Shown here: positions 10,640-22,330 of the stretch, piece by piece | Numbering within the stretch: the stretch's first letter is position 1 | Layout: each line of letters opens with the position of its first letter | NCBI GenBank assembly: GCA_000708835.1 | Contig: DF237196.1 | Location: forward strand, 1-64,000 | Direction: 5' to 3' | Length of the DNA stretch: 64,000 bases | Source: Klebsormidium nitens | Taxonomy: Eukaryota; Plantae; Klebsormidiophyceae | Made by a program: the position numbers and the translations under genes | The notes under the pieces: generated by a model | Told to the model about the DNA's origin: nothing | Seen by the model: the letters and a program-made list of their open reading frames with translations, nothing else | The model's database searches: none

Positions 10640-11272
10640 ATGAGTGCGGAAAACAACGAGGTGCAGGCCCTAAAGTTCACCGCAGAGCAGGGGGATTCAT
10701 GTGCGCAACTGGATTTAGGTCTTACTTATCTCGTCGGCGACAACGTGGAGCAGGACTTTACGGAAGCCAGATTGTGGCTTCAACTGGCTGCAGAGAATGG
10801 AGAGGTGGACGCGCAGTTCCATCTGGGTATGATCTTTAACAAAGGCCTAGGTGTCGATCAAGATTTTTCACAAGCGGCTAAGTGGTTCCTGAAAGCTGCC
10901 GATCATGGGCATATAGAGGCAAACTCGAATATGGGCATAATGTACGCGAACGGACTAGGGGTAGAAAAGGATTACGTGCACGCTGCCCCCTGCTTCAAGC
11001 AAGCCGCAGAGCAAGGAGATACGTTGGCACAACTCATGTTTGGCACCTCCCATTGCGTCGGTATCGGCGGCATGGATCTCGATTTTGTACAAGCCGAATA
11101 TTGGATTTGAAAGGCTGCGGACGCGAGACTTGCTGAAGCGCAGTATTGCATGGGTTAGGGTCTTGCGGAATCAGACCATCTGCAATCCATGGCATGGTAT
11201 GTTAGGGCTGTGTGGCAAGGGCATTCGGAAGCACAACAAAAGCTGGATGTCATCTTATATGGAGCCGAATAG
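10640..11272 (+). pseudogene. Sel1-like repeat protein with two premature in-frame stops
   Basis: Four clear Sel1 repeats (AAEQGD..AQ..LG.MY..G.GV..D...A..W). The pattern continues past TGA 11108-11110 (WI*KAADARLAEAQYCMG) and TAG 11156-11158 (...SMAWYVRAVWQGHSEAQQKL) to TAG 11270-11272. Confidence 0.85.
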
Positions 11273-11489
11273 CGTAGCTACTACACTAGTATCATCAAGT
11301 TCTTTAGAGAAGAGGGGTGGCATTAGACACGGTACAAAGGTCAAAGTACTACTTCGATGCACAGGTGTTGATCAGAAACGATGCACAGAGGTGTGATCAA
11401 AAACGAACAGGCCGATTACCTGTGAAGCAGTGATAGTTGAAAGATATAAACAGCACTAAGCTTAGAGATACACATGTCACGGCCTTCTC

Positions 11490-12885
11490 ATAAGCCCCCA
11501 AGATATAAAGTCAAAAGTCGCCTTCTATTATAAGCATTACGCGTCTCAATGGCATGTACGTTTTGACTCGCAGGCAGGAACGGCCCGATTCCATCCATTA
11601 TCCTCGAAAAAGTTGTAAGTGACAGCGCGAAGGAGTCAAAACTTGCCTCACAGTATAAGCATAGCCGGTTTAAATGGCACACGTTTTTGACTCGCAAGCA
11701 GGGGACGGCCATTGCACCCAAGATCCTCAAAAACGTTGTAGCTGACAGCGCTAAGCAGTCAAAAAATGCCCCACAATATAAGCATAATCGCTTTCAATGG
11801 CACAGTTTTTGACTCGAAGGCAAATATGGCCATTCCACCCAAGATCCTTCAAAAACGTTGTAACTGACAGCGCCAAGGAGTCAAAAAGTCCCTCGAAATA
11901 TAAGCATACCATGTGACAATGGCAAAGCTTTTGACTCCCGAGCAGGTACGGCCATTCCATTCGTTCTCCTGAAAACGCTATAGCTGACAGCGCCAAGGAG
12001 TCAAAAACTGCCTCACAAAATAAGCCTAATTGCTTTCAATGGCACACGTTTTTGACTCGCATGCAGGTACGGCCCATTCCACCCATTGTTCCTGGAAAAC
12101 GTTGTCAGTGACAGCGCCAACCAGTCAAAACTTGCCTCGAAATATAAGCATACCATGTGATACTGGCAAAGCTTTTGACTCCCGAGCGGGTACGGCCATT
12201 CCATCCGTTATCATGAAAACGCTGTAGTTGACATCGCCAAGCAGGGACGGCCATTCCACCCAAGATCCTTCAAGAACGTTGTAGCTCACAGCGCCAACCA
12301 GTCAAAAACCGCCTCACAATATAAGCCTAATCGATTCCAATGGCACACGTTTTGACTCACAAGCAGAGGCGGCCCATTCCACCCATTATTCCTAGAAAAC
12401 GTTGTAAGTGACAGCGCCAACCAGTCAAAAACTGCCTCAGAGTATAAGCCTAGTCGCTGTCAATGGCACACGTTTTTGACTCGCAGGCAGGTACGGCCCA
12501 TTCCACCCATTATCCTGGAGGTACAGCCATTCCATTCGTTATTTTAGAAACGCTGTAGCTGAAAGCGCCAAGGAGTCAAAAACTGCCTCACAATATAAGC
12601 ATAATTGCTTTCAATGGCACATGTTTTGACTTGCAAGTAGGGACGGCCATCCCACCCAAGATCCTTCAAGAACGTTGTAACTGAAAGCGCCAAGGAGTCA
12701 AAAACTGCCTCACAATATAAGCATACCTAGTGACAATGGCACATGTTTTGACTCGCAGGCAAAGACGGCCATTCCATTCGTTTATCCCGAAAACGCTGTA
12801 GCTGACAGCGCCAAGGAGTCAAAAACTGCCTCACAATATAAGCCTAATTGCTTTCAATGGCGCACGTTTTGACTCGCAAGCAGCC
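11490..12885. repeat. Tandem array of ~11-12 degenerate 120-125-bp units, each with a TTTTGACTC ... GAGTCAAAA inverted repeat
   Basis: The AATGGCA anchor (ACTGGCA at 12162) recurs at 11548, 11673, 11796, 11918, 12038, 12162, 12339, 12462, 12613, 12735 and 12856. Consensus is about aatggcacacgtttttgactcgcaagcaggtacggccattccacccaagatccttcaaaaacgttgtagctgacagcgccaaggagtcaaaaactgcctcacaatataagcataatcgctttc. Confidence 0.97.
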
Positions 12886-12969
12886 GATCCTATCACCTTA
12901 TCACCATCAAGTTCCAAAACTTTATCACCGATTCGAAGCGCTTCTGAAGCACAAGTCCGGTCATTTCAA

Positions 12970-13524
12970 TCACCATCTAGCTACTGTCGGAGTCGTATCT
13001 TGAGCACAACCTTGTACCGGCAGTGTCGCCTTGTAATCAGCAAACCGACCGTACGTCTCCCGCACTTCTTGCCAAAGCAGCGGTTTGAAGATGTGTGGCC
13101 GGCCGGCTACGAACTTCCCGTTGGACTTCTTTGAAGCAATATGGCCGAGCCCAAGGCCTATGTAGAGAACCTTCTTGACGGCGTTGCGCTTGGTTGTCGC
13201 CGTCTCCTTCTCACCGGTCTGGGCAAACCCGTAGAAGTCGCGAACGAAGGCGAGCCGTTCAGGCGTTGGCCCGAGCATCGCATCGTGCACCGCCTGCAAT
13301 GCATCCTCCTCGACTGCATACCCGTCCTCCTTGGCCCTCTGCACTTCCTCACGCGGGCAGCCGAACAAAGCTGCCAAAAGCATTAGCGCGAAGTGTACTC
13401 GGCAGGACATGTCACCCTTGGTTGCGACGTACTCCTTTGTGACGCTCTCGTTGTCCCCTTCCTTCAAGGCTCTCGTGAGCTCGTGCACGAGGAAGGAGAA
13501 AGGGGCCGTTCCGAACCTGTCCAA
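12970..13524 (-). CDS. Hypothetical protein; lacks an ATG start, so a terminal exon or a 5'-damaged gene
   Basis: 184 open codons with protein-like composition and GC3-rich codons. The ORF starts at TTG just after an in-frame stop. Confidence 0.5.
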   Translation of the reverse strand: MDRFGTAPFSFLVHELTRALKEGDNESVTKEYVATKGDMSCRVHFALMLLAALFGCPREEVQRAKEDGYAVEEDALQAVHDAMLGPTPERLAFVRDFYGFAQTGEKETATTKRNAVKKVLYIGLGLGHIASKKSNGKFVAGRPHIFKPLLWQEVRETYGRFADYKATLPVQGCAQDTTPTVARW

Positions 13525-14472
13525 GAAGAGCTTTCGTATGAATTATATATAAATCATTGTACACGCACCGGTGCTTTGAACATAGCTTGGTGCAAGCGTT
13601 GCAAATTCAGGGAAGGGAGGAGGCATGCCCTGACTCGGTAAGGGCGTGCGAGGAGGCGAGACAATGGAGCGACAACTGCTCAAAGCAAGGAGACGATTGC
13701 CATGCCATATCCGGCTGGCGCCGAGCCACGTGGGGCTCGTGGTCGCGGTTATGTAGCGTATGGATATAGTAGACATAGTATAGCATATAACCAGCTGTAC
13801 GTGCCTCCAACATTGCGGGTCCGCCAAGGCTCACTCCGTTGACAACGCCAGAGCCATGCATGTAGATTCCCCAATTCACTCGTTAATTGTAGATCTCAAA
13901 ACAGTCCCTTTCGTTTGAGACTCGAGGAGGAAGAGCACTTCTCGAGTTACAACTTTACATCACCTAGGAAAGTATGGCGCCCGGACATGCGAACTAATAG
14001 CAACTGAACCATTGGTGGACAAATGTGGAGGGCAGCCTCAATTGTAAGTCCGCAATGTTGTGTTTTCCTTGTGAGCTTGGGAGATGACAAAAGCAACATC
14101 ATGCACTGAGAAGTCGAGCATAATGCATAATGCATAGAGCATGAGCTTGTAATGGTCTCTATTCTAGCATCTGGCAATCTCTTGGCGGAGCACTCGATTG
14201 TAGGCCACAGTTGTGGCAAACTAATCAATGAGCAAAGTCAGCTGCATTTAAAGCCCGTTGGTTTTCGTTTTGACGTCATGTCATTAAGGAAGGTGCGAGA
14301 TGAGAGTCGGAGAAATCTCCAAGACTCCCGCTGCTGGAAGACAAGCCAATGCAGGTAGATGAGCCATACTGCAATGTGCGTGCGCGAGCCCCCAAATGTC
14401 ATCTGCCTCATCTCCAGCTTCACAAGCCCTCCCCGTGTAATTGCTTGACAAGAAACGGCAGCCTTGCGAAAT

Positions 14473-17400
14473 CTAATGAAATCCCGAGACAGGCTCCATC
14501 TCCCCTATGTCGTCCTCTACAATACTTTCCAGATGAAGAGGGAAGACTGGCTCTCTTGCCCCGCTTGTGGTATCAAATTCTGCCTTCCTCTTGTATCCGA
14601 CCTCACCCTTCGCTTTCGCTGAGTGTTTCTTTTCTGACCCCCGCTGGCGAGACGTTTGGCGCCCTTCCATCTCCCTGCCTGTAGTCTCACCCTCTGTCGT
14701 TTTCATTCCAGCCTTACCCCCTGCGTTTGCATCGGGTATGGTTTGGTACCCTCCCTCGCTGGACGTCTGGCGCCCACTTGTCTCTTTGGCTCGTCTCCTT
14801 AGCGGTCTCCTTGGTCTCTCGCTCTCCTTCTCTCCTTGACCATCTCCTTGCCCATCTCCTTGACTATCTCCGTGGCTTTCTCCCTGGCTCACCTCCTTGG
14901 CTGGGTCCGTTTCCCTGCCCGCGGTCGCCACATTCGGCTTCTTTCTTTGAAGCCAGTCTTCATTTTGTTGACCCAGCTCCATATCCCAACTTGTAACATT
15001 CACATCCCCCTCCTCTTCGACCAGTCCAGCCCCACCCTCCTCTTCGGTCTTTCCATTAGCGAGCCTCCTGCTGGTTCTTCGAGGAGGCAACACGTCTGCC
15101 GCTGTCTTTGTCCTTACTTGATCTTGTGCCGCTTTACCTCGCTTCCTTGTGCTATCCTCTCCCTCTGCTGCGCTCTCCTGCTTTCTTTTTGGCGCCAACG
15201 CCATTTTCCTTTTCTTGCCATCTTCTCCTTCCTCATCCTTCCGCGCAACTTTCTTTGCCTTCTCGCCTTGCTCCTCCTCTGCTTTCGAGCGCTTCCGCTC
15301 CTCCTCCCTCTGCAGATCAAGAAAGACGCCTAACGAGGTAATCCCTTTCTTTGACAACATGCCTCGGAGGTAGCGGTCTTCACAGCGCAGGGAGACGAAG
15401 GACGAGAAAACAGGTTTCGTAAACCGAGATTTGAGACTGGAACAACGCCCAAGATAGTCTCCTTGAAGGCATAAAGTGCATGACAACTCCGAGTTGCCCT
15501 CTTGTCCTTTGGGCAGAAGGTCCTGATGATTATGAGAACACTACGACAAGTTGCCTTGTAACCAGATGTACGAGGTCACTTAGGACAAAAACGTACCTTG
15601 GCGCGCTCTGACAGGACATACTCCGCCTCCATTATTGTATGTACGAGGTTCCTCCTTCGGCTGGGGCCATCGCCATAGAACTGCTTGTGACGTGAGGCAT
15701 CGACAATGAAAATGTTGGCGTGGTTGGGCATCTCGGACGTCCCGTCGTGCTCATGGTCCGTGGAGAAGACGAAGACAAATCTGTCTTCTGGCCCCTTCCA
15801 TCTCTTGTCCCACTCTGACAGTTTTACCACGCCCTTCTCCACGGGCCGCTTCGTGACCAACTCCAACAACTCGGCTCCTGCAACCATGCACAAAGCTCGC
15901 TTTCAAGAAGCCGTCTCATACACAAAAGTGCATCGATTCCAATGAACAACGTTCCCCCCCCCTTTGACGTCTTCAAAGCGACCTTTTGCGGAAGATCAGA
16001 TCCACACACCCCTTTCAATCGTTAGCCAAGGACCTCGACGAGATCAGCTTGAACGGGTTTAAGACGTGGAGAAACATGGAGTATGGAACGACGTTCCAAA
16101 ACTAAACCTCATGGTTAACCAGTCCCTCCCCTCTGATACAAAGATACGAAGCATTCCGTGCCTTGGAAAGCAGAGGCAGACGACCTACTTCACTGCTCAG
16201 TGTGTGTTTGCGAAGGAGAGCGTTACTCTCAAATAAGTCTAAGGAAGCAGGCACACTCGAGCAGAACGTGCTCGGTTTAGACTGGAAGTACTGAGCTTGA
16301 AACGCACCTGTCTTCTTCTCCCTTTGCTTCAGGATGTGTTCCTTGGTTTGGCCTTGGAAGCCAAAGTATTGCCCCGGCTCGTCATCCAGCTCAAAGACCG
16401 CGAGCCAGTCGGTGCTGTGCGCCATACGCTTCGCCATAAGATGCCAACCATGGGGAAGGTCGCCTTTTAGCATCCCCTGGTACTCCTCGTCGGTCAACTC
16501 CCTCCCGAGATGCTTATTGTGCCAGTAGCCGTCTGCGGCAAAGCAAGAACCTGTCAGGATCAAGTTCTCAGATCGGGCCAGCAGAATCTTACAGCAACAT
16601 GCAGTGATAGACAACAACAAGAGAGAAAACTACAGAGCAGGAGAAGATCTTGAAGACTAAGGACAGAAACATTCGTAACCAGTGGAAGAGGACAATGCTA
16701 CCTTTCTCTGAGAAGCGAGATGCGAGAAGCAAGAAGCTCGAAAGTGCTCATGTTTGAAACTATCATCTTGAAAAGGAGGCGCTTTACGGTGCCAAGTAGC
16801 AGGAAACCACCCAGGCAGCCCCTTCTCAAAAGCATAGCGGCTCAGAATTTACCTTTGGGTACTCTGATCCTCGTGTTGAATACCCCGTCCCGTCTCTCGC
16901 TTCCAAGTACTTCACCTGCACAAACAACTTTGTACCCCGAATGGTAGAGGCCAGAAGACTTCGACTTGATGGCGTTCAAGTCGCCCCACTCTTTGTCGTC
17001 AGGGTTCTCTCGGCAACGGAACGTCTCCCTGTAGAGGTGTTGGAGACTCAGCATACTGTGGCTATCTTTGCGGTACGCCGCAAAGATCTCGAGGTGCTTG
17101 GGAGGCACCTCCAGCTTCAAGCGGGCCTTTGCGAGGTCGACAGGGGGGCCCGTTGCTGAAATGGAAACGAGAACGAGGGGTAGTGAGATTACAGACATAA
17201 AACCAAACCTCGTTAGAAAATAAAGGCAGGTTATGTACTACCCTCGGGGTAAAAAGAAGACTCGTTATCAAGGAGACTAGCCTCGGGGTTAAAGGAAGAT
17301 TAGCCATCAGGGCAGATTAGACTAACCTCGGGATTAAAAGAAAACTTGTTAGCGACCCAGATTACACATTAGCGTGAGAAGAAGACGCGTTACCAAGCCA

Positions 17401-20400
17401 CCTTAAAGACTAGCCTCGGGCTTTCGGGCTTGGGAAAGACTCATTATCAAGGCACTGCTAAACTAACCTCGGCGTAAAACGAAAAGTCGTTATCGGGGCA
17501 GGTTGTTGACCAGCCTCCAGGTTGAAGGACTCCCTTATCAAGGCAGGTTACGGATTAGCCTCCGGGACAAAGAAAGACTCGTTCTCGAGGCAGGTTACAG
17601 ACTAGCTGCCAGGTTAAAAAAAGACTCGTTATCGAGCAGGTGAGAAACTAGCCTCGGAGTTAAACGAAGACCCGTTAGCCAAGCTGGTCATAGACTAGCC
17701 TCCAGGTTGAAAGGGGGTCGTTATCAAGGCAAGTTACAGACTAGCCTCGAATTAGAAAGGAAGCTCGTCAGAGATAAGTCTATCAGTGCGTACATGTGTA
17801 ATTTGTGCTTCCCAGAAATGAGATGAAATCAAGGTACAGTGGTGATTCTCAATTGCAAAGGTTGCCAGAGTTCTCAAAGGAAATTGGAGTGCAACAACCG
17901 AGATGAGCACTTGCAAACGACCAGAAGCTCACCAAGAAGTGAGTAGAGCCCCATCATGAAGAACCAGCCATACGAAAAGTTGGTGCCCTTAATAACGTAG
18001 TCGTTGAAACCAACGGTGCGGCCGGCTAGCTTCTTCGTTATGATGGCCTGCACGTACTCTAAGCGGTCCTTCTCCTCCAGCTCGTCCAGCCACTGTGCTG
18101 TCAAAGTCCCGTTGCGGTGAACTATGAGCAGTGTCCAGTAGTCCTCTGCAGCCTGCAAGCTGTGGCACCAAATAACGGATTCAGACCCTGCTTGCAAGTG
18201 CTTTCAATCGTCCTCTCATACACACCCGCAACACGAAGAAGCAGATCTTCGAACATAAGAACCAGACTTCACATTGAATATTCAAAAGCTGATGCTAAGC
18301 TGACCAATCCCATAGTGACTGTTCCGGGTGCTGTGGCCAGGTTAAATATTTACAACCACACTTCAGAGCGTCTGAGAAAGGAGCAGACTTAAGGTAAGCC
18401 TTGCGTACGCTGAAGCCAAAGCCGCCATGTTTGATTGTGGCTGCTCTTGAATGGAAGCAATGTACAACTTTGAAATCCTGTCTGAGAAGCATCTGTGTTT
18501 ATGCAAAATAAGAGTTACCAATCAGACCCACCTCGGGGCCGTTAGCTGCTCATTCACAAAAGCCTTTAGCATCTCGACGTGCAGAGTGTGCAGTGAGGAC
18601 TGCGCCGTCCCGACCTTCTCGTTCTCTTTTGACATGGCCAGGGCGGCCATCCCTGCGGCAACGTCCCGACCCAGCCCCGACCCAGCGAAGAAGATCTCCA
18701 GGAAGGGAGGCAGAGCACCGTCCTCAGCCAAGACTCCCATTCTGCGAAAGCTTTGGACAACGATCCGCTGGGTGGCTTCTGGCGTGAACGGTCGGATGGT
18801 GTGGATAGTCCCAAGGTGGACGCCGCTCAGGGTGGCCGAATGGTAGATCAAGTTGTTACCGGCCGGGACAAGCTCGTAGCTTCTTGAGTCCATCGAGCCA
18901 CTTTGGGCGCCCTGCAGAAGGGAAGGATTGCGCATCCCATTACGAAAGTTCCTTCAATGCGAGTCCGTCAGTTTGAGACCCAACAAACACAATGACACAG
19001 CGTAACGAATGATTGAATCACCATCGTCCACAATAGCAGTAAGTCACTGACAACAATATGTACGGTTTTCGGTTCAGCTTAAGCACGCTAAGAAAACTGT
19101 AATCAGGAGAATTGGCCCCGAGATTGCAGCTCGACAGGTTGAACAGCATCAGCGAATGTAAGACACCAAGTTGAGAACAGCGAGGACGTGGTGTTGGTTG
19201 GCAAAGCGAAAGTAGCATCAAGATGTCTCCGCAAACATCGCAAGGCAAGCTCTAATTCTCACTTCAAATGGTGGTGCTCCTGGAAAGCTCTATACAGAAA
19301 GATGTGCTTTTACCTTCGATCGTTTCTTCTCCGGAGAGTGGACAGATGGGTCGCTCCTCTTTCGCTTCTTTCTGACCAAGGGCACAGGCTCGAGGTCTGG
19401 ATCGAACGTGGTCGTGCAGAGACACCAGCAGGCAAAGGGAATGCCTGTGGCCGTTCCCTTGATAGTAGTAAACAGAGAGTTGAGGCCCTTGAAGACGGCC
19501 CTTTCGCTGTCGTCAAGAGCGTGGACCTGCATAAAGCCAATATGTCAGATGCAAACGATAGTGCCGAATATTTTCGTACAGCAGGCAAGAAGGCTGTTGG
19601 CAGGCCTCACGAAACTGCTAGTTGCTTGAGAACTTCGTGCCCTCTTCGGAGCCAGCAGAAAAGGATAGATCAACTGCTTCGTCTACTAGGTTCACACACA
19701 CAGCTTGGAGCATCAATTAAAGACGTGCAAGCTGGGGGATGTCACTTGCGTTCCTGATGTAGATAGTATGGAAAATCTGCAGACTTGTCTCAAAAGTTAT
19801 GGTTGCCAGCTGTTTGCTCAACACACACCGTGCTCTTAGCATCTAGAGCAATCCAAACAAGCTCACCTCGTCCATCACTATCAAGCAATGGAGGGAAGCC
19901 GCGTCCTCGTTGGGAAAGTGCTTGGCGCACCATCCTAGCACACCTTGGACCGTCACCCTTTCCGCCAGTCCCGGTCTCTTGGATACCCAGTTGCACAGAG
20001 TGGCGAGATCGGGGACATCTGCTTGCAGAAAGTTATTTTTGTCAAATCAAAGGCAAGAAGCGTCTTAGTGACACTCGTTGCAAAGCTGAGGAGGAAATCG
20101 GCAGGACAACAAGCTTGTTTACTCGAAGAGGAGTGCTGAGTCCGGCTCGTGCAGCTAGATAAGTCTTTTGGAGCACCACCAACTGTACAAGTCTGCCTCA
20201 AGAACTGCAACAGCCAGCCATGGGCAAACAGGTTACCTCACGTTGGGCGTCAACCATACACTCAAGTAACATGCACAAGCCAGTTCAAATCGCTCTTGGG
20301 AAGCCTTATGAAATGTGAGCTTACTTCGATACCAAGCCATCAGCGCCCCCCTCAAGAGGAGCACAGCAAGAAGGGCAGCCTCGCCCAATGTATCCTTGAG

Positions 20401-22330
20401 CGTCTCGTTCGGCCGGTTCGCAGGCTGTGAGAAGTCCAGGTGGAAATTGAACTTCTTCTGACCCTTGTAGGAGGCTATGATGGACTTCGCAAAGATCCTC
20501 TCCATGTTATCTGCGCCTTCTCTTGCTGCGCGCTCCTCCGCGATCTTGACAAGCAGGTATGGCAGCATCCGCGCGAAGGCCGTTTTCCCTACACCCCTCT
20601 GCCCCATGAACACCTCGTAGGTATAGTCGCGGTTACCTGTCTCTTCCTGCAAACGAATGAGAAGTTTCGAGCAGATTTACTTGACGGAGCCCTCCATGTG
20701 GAGGCAGGAGGACTGCTATGCTTGTGTGGAGGTAGTAAGACTGCTATGCTTATGTAGTATCCATGGGAGCAAAAGCCCCAAACCTGTCAACCGTCGCGGA
20801 AGAGCACCAGGTCAAAGTTGACTGTTAGGCCTTGAGACATGCTAGACCAATCTACCTGAATCTGGGGCCATCAAGAATTGGCACTTAGACACCAGGCAGT
20901 ATGCTATTCTCATCCTACTCGCGTTCTTAGCAGTTACAAGAGCCTGCACTTTCTACTGAGCGCTTTCTAATCAACCCATGCGCCACAAGCTGTTCCTCCT
21001 GACCACACGCGATGAGGTAAAAACATACGCCCCCATCCTGACGCAAAAGTTGCCCCACTGAAAAAACTCAGCAGCTGCCACGACTGCTCTAAAAGACCAA
21101 CCTGCTGGTACTCCTTCTGGGACTCTTGCGCTTTCTGCCACTTCTGGAACTGGGATTCATAAACCTCCTGTGCCACATCGTCTCTCTCCTCCCAGGGGAA
21201 GAAGCTGCCAACGTTGTTGATGACATCCCCAGTAGTAGGAGTGATCTTCGCTTGCGCCCTCTTGTCTGCGACGCTCTGCAGCTTCTCGAAGTCAATTGCT
21301 TGTAGGCTGAACTCTTGTTGAAGATCAGCAATGTGTTTGTCCAGAGGCGGGGTCACCGCACCCTGACGAGTGATTGGGGAGGACACGGCCACTGCGCACA
21401 ACAAAAGAGACTGTTCAGCAGCGGTGGACTTGAAAAGGCTGCAATGCTAATTTAAAACGCATATGCATATGCACAATGAGTTTAGAACGGACTGAAAGCA
21501 TGACACCAAGCTAAGTGCCTGCCAAATGTGCAACTGAGAAAAGCCAAAAAGCGCCCGAGATTGGGGGTGTGAATTGGCTCTCTACAAACAAGAACTGAGA
21601 GGAGTGTACTGGCTTTCTGCACAGCAAATCAAAGGTGTGAATGGCCTCTCTGCAGCGCAAAGTCCAGGTGTGAACCGGCTCTCTGCGGAGCGCGTGTATC
21701 GGCTCTCTGCGCAGCAAATGAGCGGTCTGAATTGGCTTTCTACGGAGCCGATGCAGCAGAATACTTCTCCTCTGTTCCGACACGGTGATGATTGGTCCCT
21801 TGATGCTTTCTTTCTGCATTAGTTGGAAGAAGCAACTCTACCACCTGGCGAGGAAGCTGGCAACAACTTCTGATCAGCAAAGTCCCTATCCATGCCATCT
21901 TCTCCAAGCTTCCCCGCCGCTACATGCTGAACAACAGTACTGCAATGCTCGAATCACTCATTGTCGAATCGATGGAAACCTCGAGTCCTGATCACCAAGC
22001 GGATTGCTCGAAGGTTAGCCTACTCGTCTGATAGAGGGAGCGCTCACCTGCAGCTTTATCGAAGATCGCATTCCAGCCCAACAACCAGTTCCCTGGCCCT
22101 GGATACTCGCTTTCAAGTCGGTCAAGAAGCTTAGAGCGACCGCCATCGGTCATCCCTCTCCAGCGTTCCAAGGTGAGCTGCTGCTTTGCCAGGTGGTCCA
22201 GCAGGTTCGAGTCAATCTCAGAGTCCACCTCCTGCCAGCTCTTCTTCAAAGCCAGCTCTTTTTCCTGTAGTGGGGCGAAAACAGAGATCAGCACAACAAT
22301 GTGTAGCCCGCTCTTTAGCAGCATAAACAC
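14473..22330 (-). CDS. Multi-exon P-loop NTPase gene, Crinkler/CR-effector-like (helical header - NTPase - probable nuclease-like C-terminal region - charged tail). May extend 5' through exon-like ORFs at 22634-24193
   Basis: Exon-like ORFs at ~21992-22290, 21089-21370, 20270-20640 (Walker A GQRGVGKT), 19867-20018 (ends HCLIVMDE) spliced in phase to 19526 (VHAL..., Walker B), then 18530-18910, ~18410-18480, 17930-18150, 16855-17160, 16120-16530, 15596-15890 (NIFIVDASRHKQFYG) and 14473-15400. Canonical junctions were checked for the central exons only. Confidence 0.6.
17200..17770. repeat. Intronic degenerate minisatellite, ~46-bp unit, ~12 copies
   Basis: ACTAGCCTC-like anchors at 17237, 17276, 17321, 17368, 17409, 17462, 17509, 17554, 17601, 17647, 17694 and 17740; second core GTTATCAAGGCAGGTTA. 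Confidence 0.9.
21566..21765. repeat. Degenerate ~33-bp minisatellite, ~6 copies (one shortened)
   Basis: Repeating gtg(t/a)a..ggct(c/t)tctgc motif; the + strand translates as GVYWLSAQQ/GVNGLSAAQ/GVNRLSAE/RVYRLSAQQ/GLNWLSTE. Confidence 0.8.

Noticed and set aside
11488-12227. Repeat-protein ORFs (63-81 aa) across the array
   Set aside because: Unit lengths of 120-125 bp do not preserve frame, and there are frequent stops.
11490-12885. CRISPR or guide-RNA array interpretation of the 122-bp repeats
   Set aside because: Variable segments recur as a few shared variants rather than unique spacers, the units are too long, and no cas-like gene is recognisable.
2964-13524. Complete Polinton-like virus or virophage
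   Set aside because: No major or minor capsid, packaging ATPase, protein-primed polymerase or terminal inverted repeats could be identified.
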